A stretch of DNA of 64,000 bases. Origin: an uncultured Acidimicrobiales bacterium. Lineage in GTDB: Bacteria; Actinomycetota; Acidimicrobiia; Acidimicrobiales; UBA10347. The position numbers and the translations under genes were made by a program. Location: contig CALDYC010000023.1 in NCBI GenBank assembly GCA_937941245.1, positions 3,643 to 67,642 of the forward strand. Reading direction: 5' to 3'. Numbering within the stretch: the first letter of the stretch is position 1; each line of letters opens with the position of its first letter. Shown piece by piece: positions 9,359 through 17,060 of the stretch. The notes beneath the pieces are model-generated. The model was not told the DNA's origin and did no database searches. It saw only the letters and a program-made list of their open reading frames with translations.

Positions 9359-9480
9359 GTGAGGTGGCTTGAGTGAGGTGGCTTGAGTGAGGGGTCTTGA
9401 GTGAAGTGGCTTGGGGGCGGTGGTCTGGGTGGGACGGCTTGGCGGCGGTGTCTTGGGTGGCGTGGCTTGGGGGCGGGAGG
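9359..9480. repeat. Array of eight degenerate 14-bp direct repeats, consensus GTGrGGTGGCTTGr, in the 185-bp spacer between the ROK kinase gene and gap
   Basis: Direct reading: gtgaggtggcttga x2, gtgaggggtcttga, gtgaagtggcttgg, and further copies. On the coding (minus) strand this gives a CA-rich leader or promoter region for gap. Confidence 0.85.
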
Positions 9481-9529
9481 ATTACGTGTCGTGACCGACG
9501 GTCGGCGCCGATGTCGCCTGATCAGCGGA

Positions 9530-10402
9530 TTAGGTTGGCAGTTGGGCTTGGGCGAGCAACCCGGCACCGATGAGCCCGGCGTCGTTGCCGAGCGAAGCAG
9601 TTGCGACGAGGTCGGGGTTGTTTGCGTGACTGACCGAGTATCCGTTCAGTCGCAGCCGGGTTGCCTCGGCAATTCGTGGGGCAAGGTGGGTTCGAGCGCC
9701 CACGCCACCACTGAACAAAATGCGGTCCGGCGAAAATGTCCAGGTGAGCACGCAGCAGAGCTGGGCCAAATAGTCCGCTTCGAGACCCCATACGTCGGAT
9801 CGATCGTCAAGCGAGCTGGGTTTGGCGCCCCATCGTTTGTTCATGGCTGGGCCAGCCGCCACGCCTTCGAGGCAATCGCCATGGAACGGGCATGTTCCGG
9901 CGAATTCGTCGTCATCGCCGCGTTGCACAGGCATGTGGCCGATCTCAAGGTGATCTCTACCCCGAAACGGCGAGCCGTTGATCACGATGCCGACACCGAT
10001 GCCGGTGCCAACGGTGACATAGGCGACCGAGTCGTAGCCGATGCCAGCACCACGTTGGTGTTCGGCGACAGCCGCTGCTTCGACATCGGTCTGGATAGCT
10101 GCCGGAACGCCAAGCGTCGCCTGCAAGCGAGCGAGCAGCGGTGTGTCCGACCAGTGCGGTTTGGGCGTCGCAGCAATCGACCCGTAGGAAGCCGACGTCG
10201 GGTCGACGATCAGCGGACCGAATGACGCAATACCTAAAGCCTGAGGTTCGTGACCGGCGAAGAACTGTTCAATTTGACCAAGCGTTTCGTCAGGGGTGGT
10301 CGTTGGTACCCGCACCTCATCGACGACGCCAAGGTCAGAGTCGAAGATCGCGGCACGAAACTTGGTGCCACCTGCTTCGACAGCTGCAATGTGTTGTCCC
10401 AT
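9530..10402 (-). CDS. ROK-family sugar kinase (glucokinase/fructokinase-like)
   Basis: HIAAVEAGGTKF is an N-terminal ATP-binding motif. CPFHGDCLEG is the ROK zinc Cys motif. I placed the start at MGQHIAAV, with the start codon at 10400-10402. Confidence 0.8.
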   Translation of the reverse strand: MGQHIAAVEAGGTKFRAAIFDSDLGVVDEVRVPTTTPDETLGQIEQFFAGHEPQALGIASFGPLIVDPTSASYGSIAATPKPHWSDTPLLARLQATLGVPAAIQTDVEAAAVAEHQRGAGIGYDSVAYVTVGTGIGVGIVINGSPFRGRDHLEIGHMPVQRGDDDEFAGTCPFHGDCLEGVAAGPAMNKRWGAKPSSLDDRSDVWGLEADYLAQLCCVLTWTFSPDRILFSGGVGARTHLAPRIAEATRLRLNGYSVSHANNPDLVATASLGNDAGLIGAGLLAQAQLPT

Positions 10403-10484
10403 AGTTCGTCCCCCCAGACGGTGACGAGGCGTTCGCCATTGCGCTCGCCCGCAAAGGCAGGCCAAAAACGGCTACCTACAAAAC

Positions 10485-10500
10485 TGACAACGTTGTCAGA
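10485..10500. promoter_or_regulatory. Perfect 16-bp palindrome CTGACAACGTTGTCAG; LacI-family-type operator O1
   Basis: It is a perfect inverted repeat with a central ACGT, sitting in the divergent region between the ROK kinase operon and the LacI-family gene. Confidence 0.7.
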
Positions 10501-10519
10501 ACGCGTACCGTACCGACGA

Positions 10520-10537
10520 CTTGACAACGTTGTCAAG
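10520..10537. promoter_or_regulatory. Perfect 18-bp palindrome CTTGACAACGTTGTCAAG; LacI-family-type operator O2, sharing the TGACAACGTTGTCA core with O1
   Basis: It is a perfect inverted repeat 36 bp centre-to-centre from O1. Confidence 0.7.
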
Positions 10538-10600
10538 TCATGACTACATGGAGAGATCTCCTCCTCCCGCCCGGACAATGCCATTGGGACACGTCCCACC

Positions 10601-11596
10601 CTGAAACACGTCGCCGCTCACGCCAACGTCAGCTTCAAGACCGTGTCTCGCGTGGTCAACAATGAAGGCAGCGTTTCGGCTGCTTTGACGGCACGAGTCG
10701 AGCAGGCAATTGCCGACCTTGGCTACCAACGAAACCACAACGCGCACACGCTTCGGCAGTCGGCCGCTCGCGTGGGCACGATCGGCGTCATTCATGCCGA
10801 CATCACCAATCCATTTGCATCGGCTGTGCACGCATCATTCGAGGCCGAAGCAGCCAAGAACTCGACGCTGCTGCTCAGCGGCTCCGCCAGCGAAAATGCC
10901 GACCAGCAAGATCAGCTCGTGCAGGCATTCGTCGCTCGCCAGGTCGACGGATTGGCGATCATCCCAAGCGCTGCAACACCTGGCCCCGCGTTACAACGCG
11001 AGCTCGAACGCAAGACACCAATCGTGTTCATCGACCGCAAACCCGGCATCGACGCAGACGTCGTGCTGAGCGATCACCGAACGGGCGCCATGCGAGCGAC
11101 CGAACACCTACAAAGTCACGGACACCAACGAATCGGGTTTCTCGGCTCCCGCGACTCGACCGTTTCGGTGCAACTCCGCCGAGCCGGATTCGACGATGCA
11201 ATGCACGCAGTCGATGGCGCTGTTTCGACCGTGCGCACCGATCTGTTGACGGTCGATGCGGCGGTGCATTACGTGATTGAGTTGTTCTCGAACCCTGCTA
11301 GCGCGCCCACCGCGCTGTTCGCTGCGCAGAACCTCACCGCGCTCGGCGCAGTGCGAGCATTGCACCACCTGGGCCTGCAGCACCACGTCGCTCTCGTAGC
11401 GTTCGACCACCTCGAGATTGCCGACATCGTGCAACCGGGCATAACCACGATCCCGCAAGATGCTCAGGCTCTTGGCTCGCATGCAGCCGAAATGTTGTTC
11501 CGACGAATCGACGGAGATCGATCACCCGCTTCGACCCGAACAATCCCGGTCGAGCTCGTCGAGCGCGGGTCAGGCGAAATCCGACCGACGGCCTAA
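10601..11596 (+). CDS. LacI-family transcriptional regulator. The N-terminus is uncertain: HTH residues are encoded upstream of the ORF-track GTG start at 10643.
   Basis: PTLKHVAAHANVSFKTVSRVVN is a LacI HTH, followed by a periplasmic-binding-protein-like sugar-binding domain. There is no canonical in-frame start upstream, only CTG at 10601 or ATT. An ATG at 10578 (MPLGH) is in the +1 frame and stops after 8 codons. Confidence 0.75.
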   Translation: MKHVAAHANVSFKTVSRVVNNEGSVSAALTARVEQAIADLGYQRNHNAHTLRQSAARVGTIGVIHADITNPFASAVHASFEAEAAKNSTLLLSGSASENADQQDQLVQAFVARQVDGLAIIPSAATPGPALQRELERKTPIVFIDRKPGIDADVVLSDHRTGAMRATEHLQSHGHQRIGFLGSRDSTVSVQLRRAGFDDAMHAVDGAVSTVRTDLLTVDAAVHYVIELFSNPASAPTALFAAQNLTALGAVRALHHLGLQHHVALVAFDHLEIADIVQPGITTIPQDAQALGSHAAEMLFRRIDGDRSPASTRTIPVELVERGSGEIRPTA

Positions 11597-11620
11597 TTGC
11601 CCGAAACTCAGCGCTGAACC

Positions 11621-12454
11621 TCAGATCCGAACCCAACCGTGTTCGATCTCGACGTCGGCGGTTTCGTAGCCCGGTTCGCCGGGCAGGACAACCTCGTAAG
11701 CGCCGTTCGGGTCGTTGACTCGGACCCGTTGTTCCGGCAAACGTTGCGCCGCCGCGTGCAGCAGAGCAGCCGTGGACTCGTATCGATCGAGGCACGCCAA
11801 CATGCGATGAGTCACCGACATCAGCGGGAACCTGCCATCTCGAAACCGCTCGATTGCATCGCACGGGCGGATCCAGCGATGTTGCACGACCTCTTCTTCA
11901 TCATGCATGGCCGTCTGTCCATCTGGCGCGGCCGCGACCATGAAGCGAGTGTCGAATCGACGCGGCGGGCCAAGTGGAGTGATGAAGCGAGCGACCTCGT
12001 GTATCGCCGAAAGGTCAATGCGCAGTTCGTTGTCCCGCAGTGCGCGAAGGAAGTTCCCGGCATCGACGTGAACAGCCGACCGCGCTCGTTCGACAGCAGC
12101 GAGAGCTGCTCCGTCAACCCCGAGCAACAAACCGGCTTCTTCGAGGGTCTCGCGCAACCCGGCAAGCCACCAGGCCCGGCCATGTTCGACGACTCCGAGC
12201 ATGGCTGATGCCGTCGGGTCATCAAGGCCCTCGACGACGTCATCGATGTCGCTTTGGTCGTCGACGTCAACTCGTCCCCCGGGGAACACCCACGCACTCG
12301 GTCCGAACACGGCGCGTGCGGTTCGTTGCACCATCAACACCTCGAGATCGGGCCGATCGGCAACGATCATGACCGTGCTGGCGTGGCGGATCTCGACCGA
12401 ACCAGGGTCGTCGACCGACGACTGGTGCGCGTACTGGTGGCTTGGTCCCGACAC
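11621..12454 (-). CDS. NUDIX-family hydrolase
   Basis: The region GGRVDVDD ... RETLEEAGLLLG is Nudix-box-like. The start codon is uncertain. Confidence 0.65.
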   Translation of the reverse strand: MSGPSHQYAHQSSVDDPGSVEIRHASTVMIVADRPDLEVLMVQRTARAVFGPSAWVFPGGRVDVDDQSDIDDVVEGLDDPTASAMLGVVEHGRAWWLAGLRETLEEAGLLLGVDGAALAAVERARSAVHVDAGNFLRALRDNELRIDLSAIHEVARFITPLGPPRRFDTRFMVAAAPDGQTAMHDEEEVVQHRWIRPCDAIERFRDGRFPLMSVTHRMLACLDRYESTAALLHAAAQRLPEQRVRVNDPNGAYEVVLPGEPGYETADVEIEHGWVRI

Positions 12455-12569
12455 GACGGCGAACCTACCGCTCTGGCTTCGAAACTCGCATCGACGCAGA
12501 CCCGATGATGCGTCTGTCCAATCGCCAGAGCACAGGTGCGGCCGGATCGTGTCGGTCTAGCCTCGGCAC

Positions 12570-13307
12570 ATGAATGACGTCATCTCGCTGCTCAAGTCGC
12601 ATCGGTCGATTCGCAAGTTCACCGATCAGCCGATCGACGACGACACCATCGCCGAGATCATGACCGCCGGGTTCGCAGCCGCGACGTCGTCCAACATGCA
12701 AGCAGCAACGGTCATTCGGGTCCGGTCGACAGACAAGCGCGAAGCCATCGCCTCTCTCGCTGGTCCCCAGCCGTATGTGGCCAGCTCAGCTGCGTTCTTC
12801 GTGTGGTGCGCTGACCTAGCCCGAAGCGCATCGGTGGTCTCTACAGACCGTGTCGAACCAGCCACTGACATGGCCGAGCACCACATACGGGCCTGTGTCG
12901 ATGTGGCGCTCGCCGCCCAGAACGCGGCGATCGCAGCCGAATCGCTGGGTCTGGGCATTTGCTACATCGGTGGCATTCGCAATGACCCCCAGCAGGTCTG
13001 CGAACTGCTTGACATTCCCGACAGGGTCTATCCGCTCTTCGGTTTCTGCATCGGCTGGCCAGACCAAGATCCCGACGTCAAGCCTCGACTGCCACTGAGT
13101 GTCACGCTCAAAGACGACAGCTACGACACTTCATGCGATGCTGGCGGAATTGCCGCCTATGACGAGCAGATGCGCGAGTACTACCGGACCCGCACCGGCG
13201 GTACCAAAGACACATCGTGGACCGAGGACATGGGTGCACTTCTCAGTCGCGAAACCCGGCCGCACATTCGTGAGTTTCTGCATGCTCGCGGCATCGACAA
13301 GCGCTAA
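12570..13307 (+). CDS. Oxygen-insensitive NAD(P)H nitroreductase (NfsA-like)
   Basis: ISLLKSHRSIRKFTDQPIDDDTIAEI has the NfsA-family N-terminal signature. Confidence 0.8.
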   Translation: MNDVISLLKSHRSIRKFTDQPIDDDTIAEIMTAGFAAATSSNMQAATVIRVRSTDKREAIASLAGPQPYVASSAAFFVWCADLARSASVVSTDRVEPATDMAEHHIRACVDVALAAQNAAIAAESLGLGICYIGGIRNDPQQVCELLDIPDRVYPLFGFCIGWPDQDPDVKPRLPLSVTLKDDSYDTSCDAGGIAAYDEQMREYYRTRTGGTKDTSWTEDMGALLSRETRPHIREFLHARGIDKR

Positions 13308-13349
13308 CCCACTTCGGTAGCTGCATTGCCTCGGCACTAGCGTCGAGAT

Positions 13350-14114
13350 ATGGAACTGAAGGACCGCGTTGCAGTGATCACCGGCGGCACCGGCGGAATC
13401 GGAATTGCGATGGCTAAAGCATTTCTGGACGAGGGGGCGCGCCGCGTCGTCATCTCAGATCTCGACTCGGCCCGTGTTGCTGAGGTCGCCGCCGAGCTTG
13501 GGTGTGTCGGCTTGGTATGCGACGTCACCGACGAGGCACAGGTCAACGCACTCGTCGAGTTGATACTCGAAACCCACGGACCGATCGACCTGTTTTGCAG
13601 CAACGCCGGATCAATCGCCGAAGGTGTGCTGACCGATGCGCCGAACGACATGTGGCAACAGCAATGGGAGCTGCATGTCATGGCTCACCTCTATGCGGCC
13701 CGAGCCGTGCTGCCCTCGATGATCGCTAACGGCGGCGGCTACCTGCTCAATACCGCATCGGCTGCTGGGCTGCTCGCTGCAATCGGAAGCGGCCCCTACA
13801 CCGTGTCTAAGGCCGCTGCGATCAAGCTGGCCGAGTTCCTCGCCATCACCCACGGCGACGATGGCATCAAAGTGTCAGTACTTTGCCCGCAGGGCGTCAA
13901 CACCGCAATGGCCCCACAGAGTCTCGGTGACGGCGCGACCGACGGGATCATCGAAGCCAGCGAACTGGCCGCGGTGGTCCTCGATGCGTTGCGTGATGAG
14001 CGGTTTCACGTACTGCCACACCCAGAGGTTGGCGAGTACATCAAGCGCAAGGCCGACGACACTGATCGTTGGCTCAAGGGCATGCGCCGGCTCCGGTCAC
14101 GCGCTGCGCGCTAG
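13350..14114 (+). CDS. SDR-family oxidoreductase
   Basis: MELKDRVAVITGGTGGIGIAMAKAF with a YTVSKAA (YxxxK) motif. It lies 43 bp downstream of the nitroreductase gene and is probably co-transcribed with it. Confidence 0.85.
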   Translation: MELKDRVAVITGGTGGIGIAMAKAFLDEGARRVVISDLDSARVAEVAAELGCVGLVCDVTDEAQVNALVELILETHGPIDLFCSNAGSIAEGVLTDAPNDMWQQQWELHVMAHLYAARAVLPSMIANGGGYLLNTASAAGLLAAIGSGPYTVSKAAAIKLAEFLAITHGDDGIKVSVLCPQGVNTAMAPQSLGDGATDGIIEASELAAVVLDALRDERFHVLPHPEVGEYIKRKADDTDRWLKGMRRLRSRAAR

Positions 14115-14176
14115 GCCCGCAGTTCGAGCGGGGCCCGCAGTTCGCGCTAGGCCCGCAGTTTGCGCGGGGCCCGCCA
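14113..14176. repeat. About 3.5 direct copies of a roughly 17-bp unit, GGCCCGCAGTTCGCGC, between convergent genes
   Basis: Direct reading: ggcccgcagttcgagcg, gggcccgcagttcgcgcta, ggcccgcagtttgcgcg, gggcccgcc. Confidence 0.8.
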
Positions 14177-14194
14177 TGCAGGTGACGGCGTCGG

Positions 14195-14602
14195 TCAGGC
14201 TTCGGGACCTTGCAGGCCAATGCGGTGGCCGAACGGGTCGGTGAACCAGGCGTTGCGAAAGGCTCGTTCGTTTGCGGGCGCACGATTGATCACTGCCCCA
14301 GCTTCGATCGCTGCGTCGTAGGTCGCGTCGACATCGTCGACCCAGAAGATCAGTGCCACCGTGCTCGCACCAGCGGTCAGCGGACCCACCGCGCCAACCT
14401 CGGGAAACTCATCTGACAGGTACAAGCGGCTATCGCCAATGCTCAGACTGATATGACCAAGGCGTCCGTCGTCCATGTCATAGCGCTCACCTGCAATTGG
14501 TTCGGCAGCGAAGACTTCGACGTAGAAATCGATAGCTGCTTGGCCGTCATGCACCGCCAAATACGCAGTAACCGATGGTTGTGATGCGGATGACTCGCTC
14601 AT
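14195..14602 (-). CDS. VOC-family (glyoxalase/bleomycin-resistance fold) protein
   Basis: VTAYLAVHDGQAAIDFYVEVFAA ... HISLSIGDSRLYL follows VOC beta-alpha-beta-beta-beta modules. I placed the start at MSESSAS, with the start codon at 14600-14602. Confidence 0.7.
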   Translation of the reverse strand: MSESSASQPSVTAYLAVHDGQAAIDFYVEVFAAEPIAGERYDMDDGRLGHISLSIGDSRLYLSDEFPEVGAVGPLTAGASTVALIFWVDDVDATYDAAIEAGAVINRAPANERAFRNAWFTDPFGHRIGLQGPEA

Positions 14603-14669
14603 GATCGACAACTCATGGCTCAGTACTAGCGCATAACTGGCTGTCCTCGGGTGTTGCGGTGTTTCCGAG

Positions 14670-15887
14670 GTGCGCGAGACTCGACCCATGCCGGGACCGT
14701 TGGATGGAATCAAGATCGTTGACCTAACCCAGATCGTCGCCGGACCGGTGTGCACCATGTTGCTCGCCGAGCAGGGGGCCGAGGTCACCAAGGTGGAGTT
14801 CCCCGGCGGCGACATCCTTCGTCAAAACGTGCGGTTCAGCAAGGGGGGCATGAACGCGCTCACGATGAACTGCAACCGTGGCAAGAAGAGCATCGCGATC
14901 GACATGACGACTACCGACGGGGTCGACATCGTCAAGCGCCTTGCCGCCGACGCGGACGTGTTCGTGCAGAACTTCCGGGCTGGCGCGGTTGAACGGCTCG
15001 GGATCACACACGACGAACTGCGGTCGGTGAACCCTCGCCTGATCACCGTCTGGATGGCCGGCTACGGCCAGACCGGCCCAATGGCCGAGGTACCCGTGTT
15101 TGATCCGGTCATTCAGGCGGTATCAGGACACTGCGCAGTCCAGGTCAACCCTGCGATCCCATTCCCCGATGTGCATCGCACCATCGTCGTAGACAAAGCG
15201 ACCGCGCTCAGCGCCGCCCAGGCGATTACGGCCGCGCTTTTCGCGAGAGAACGAAGCGGCGAGGGCCAACACATCGAGGTCAACATGCTCGACACCGCAT
15301 TGTTCTTCTTTTGGCCTGACGGCGCCATGGCCGACACCTTGATCGACGACGACGTCGGACCAGGCGTGGCGCTGTATCAAACCATGAAGTTGACCGACTG
15401 CGCCGATGCCAAGCTCGTCTACTACGTGTTGAACGAGCGTCATTTTGCTGGCCTTCTTCGCACCATCGGCGAAGCCGAGATGTCCACCGACCCGACCTTC
15501 ATAACCGCAGCAGGACGAGCCGAGCCTGGTGTCGCCGAACGTCTGGCGACCGCAATCAGCGAAGGGTTCGCACGCATGCAACGCGACGACGCGGTCGCTG
15601 GCCTGATCGCAAACGACGTGCCAGTCGGACCGGTGCTCGAACGCCACGAACTCCACACGTACCCGCAAACGATCCACAACCAGACCCTGCACGAGTGGAA
15701 GCATCCATCCGCGGGGAGCGTGCGCCAGCCGCGCACCCCAGCAACGTTCTCGGCCACGCCAACTACCCCGCAATGGTCTGTGCCTGAGCTCAATCAACAC
15801 GCCGAAGTCGTGCTGGCCGAAGCGGGCTACTCACCCGACGAAATTGCATCACTGCGCATGTCCAAAGTCGTTGGGGCAACGAGTTGA
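14670..15887 (+). CDS. Family-III CoA-transferase (CaiB/BaiF-type)
   Basis: GPLDGIKIVDLTQIVAGPVCTMLLAEQGAEV is the CaiB/BaiF N-terminal signature. The start may be the Met at 14688. Confidence 0.8.
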   Translation: MRETRPMPGPLDGIKIVDLTQIVAGPVCTMLLAEQGAEVTKVEFPGGDILRQNVRFSKGGMNALTMNCNRGKKSIAIDMTTTDGVDIVKRLAADADVFVQNFRAGAVERLGITHDELRSVNPRLITVWMAGYGQTGPMAEVPVFDPVIQAVSGHCAVQVNPAIPFPDVHRTIVVDKATALSAAQAITAALFARERSGEGQHIEVNMLDTALFFFWPDGAMADTLIDDDVGPGVALYQTMKLTDCADAKLVYYVLNERHFAGLLRTIGEAEMSTDPTFITAAGRAEPGVAERLATAISEGFARMQRDDAVAGLIANDVPVGPVLERHELHTYPQTIHNQTLHEWKHPSAGSVRQPRTPATFSATPTTPQWSVPELNQHAEVVLAEAGYSPDEIASLRMSKVVGATS

Positions 15888-15900
15888 GGTGGCCAAACAA

Positions 15901-16887
15901 TCAGCCAGCGAATTCCTGCTGACTGAGCAACGCCGCGCCAAGGGCACCGGCAGATTCGGCCGCCTGTGCAGCGACGACCGGAATCGGTGGACGCTGATCG
16001 CCGCCCACGATCAGGCCGCGTAGTTGTGTCTGGACGTCTGCGCCGAACAGATCCCACGCACGTACCAGTCCTCCCCCAATCACGATCAACGCTGGGTCCA
16101 AAATCGCTACACATATCGACAATCCGCGGGCTACCCACAGGGCGAATTCGGCGATGACCGCAACGGCATCGACATCGCCGTTCTGCGCTGCAGCGGTGAC
16201 GTGTTCTCCGACAATCTCGCTGGCTTGCACCGGAGCGGTCGCCCATCGCCCCGCAGCGATTGCCTGCTGGGCGAGGTGACGTAAACCAGCGCCTGAGGCG
16301 TACCGCTCCCAGCAGCCATGGAGACCGCACGGACACACCGGCCCATCGGGGTCGACCAAGATATGACCTGGCTCACCGGCGAAGCCGGCCCCTCCTCGAG
16401 CGACACGTCCATCGACGATGACCGCTCCACCGATGCCTGTGCCCAGGGTGACGAGTAGTACGTTGTCGACTCCCTGAGCGGAGCCTCGATCGTGTTCGGC
16501 ACGAGCAGCACAGTTCGCGTCGTTGTCCACCACCACCGCCATTTTGATTCGCGGCTCGAGCTCGCTTCGCACATCAAGCCCGTCGGCTTCGATCAAATTG
16601 GGCGCCCGTCTGATCCGGCCGTCGATTCCGACAAGACCGGCGATTCCGATGCCCGTTCCGGCGACGGTCATATCGCCCGCCTGCTCAGACAGAAATGCGA
16701 CCGCTGCCGAAGCTGCCGTTACCACTGCGCTACCGGTTGGCGGAGTTGGTTGCAGGTGACGAGCGATCTCGGCTCCGTCGGGCCCAACCAGCAGGGACAG
16801 CATCTTGGTGCCGCCAACATCAATACCGATGTGGGCAACAGATTCTCGAGGAACGTTCACCCCGCAAGGTTCGTCGCCAACAACCAA
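15901..16887 (-). CDS. ROK-family protein (sugar kinase-like)
   Basis: HIGIDVGGTKM and the zinc motif CPCGLHGCWE. Confidence 0.75.
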   Translation of the reverse strand: MVVGDEPCGVNVPRESVAHIGIDVGGTKMLSLLVGPDGAEIARHLQPTPPTGSAVVTAASAAVAFLSEQAGDMTVAGTGIGIAGLVGIDGRIRRAPNLIEADGLDVRSELEPRIKMAVVVDNDANCAARAEHDRGSAQGVDNVLLVTLGTGIGGAVIVDGRVARGGAGFAGEPGHILVDPDGPVCPCGLHGCWERYASGAGLRHLAQQAIAAGRWATAPVQASEIVGEHVTAAAQNGDVDAVAVIAEFALWVARGLSICVAILDPALIVIGGGLVRAWDLFGADVQTQLRGLIVGGDQRPPIPVVAAQAAESAGALGAALLSQQEFAG

Positions 16888-17060
16888 ACCCGCAACCCCG
16901 ACACTCGTGGTGCGCCAGACTTCGGCGGATCTATCGCCGACTCGGGTACGTCGAGACTGATCGCTTCGTACACGAAAGTCACCCCAGTGTGGAGTTGATC
17001 AGCATGTGTCGTTCTCTGGCGTAGCCGATCTCTCGCGTAGCCAGGCGCTTTCGGGATGGA

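Noticed and set aside
9359-9480. Possibility that the tandem repeat arrays (here and at 14113, 27337, 41567, 49747) are CRISPR arrays
   Set aside because: The units are 14-18 bp, directly abutting with no spacers, and degenerate. There is no cas gene nearby, so they are not CRISPR.
15123-15800. 225-aa antisense ORF, and others like it inside large genes (17742..18662, 25519..26574, 55509..56330, 56565..57350, 42406..43242)
   Set aside because: Each is fully embedded antisense to or out of frame within a gene that has clear family signatures. Long spurious ORFs are expected at about 67% GC.
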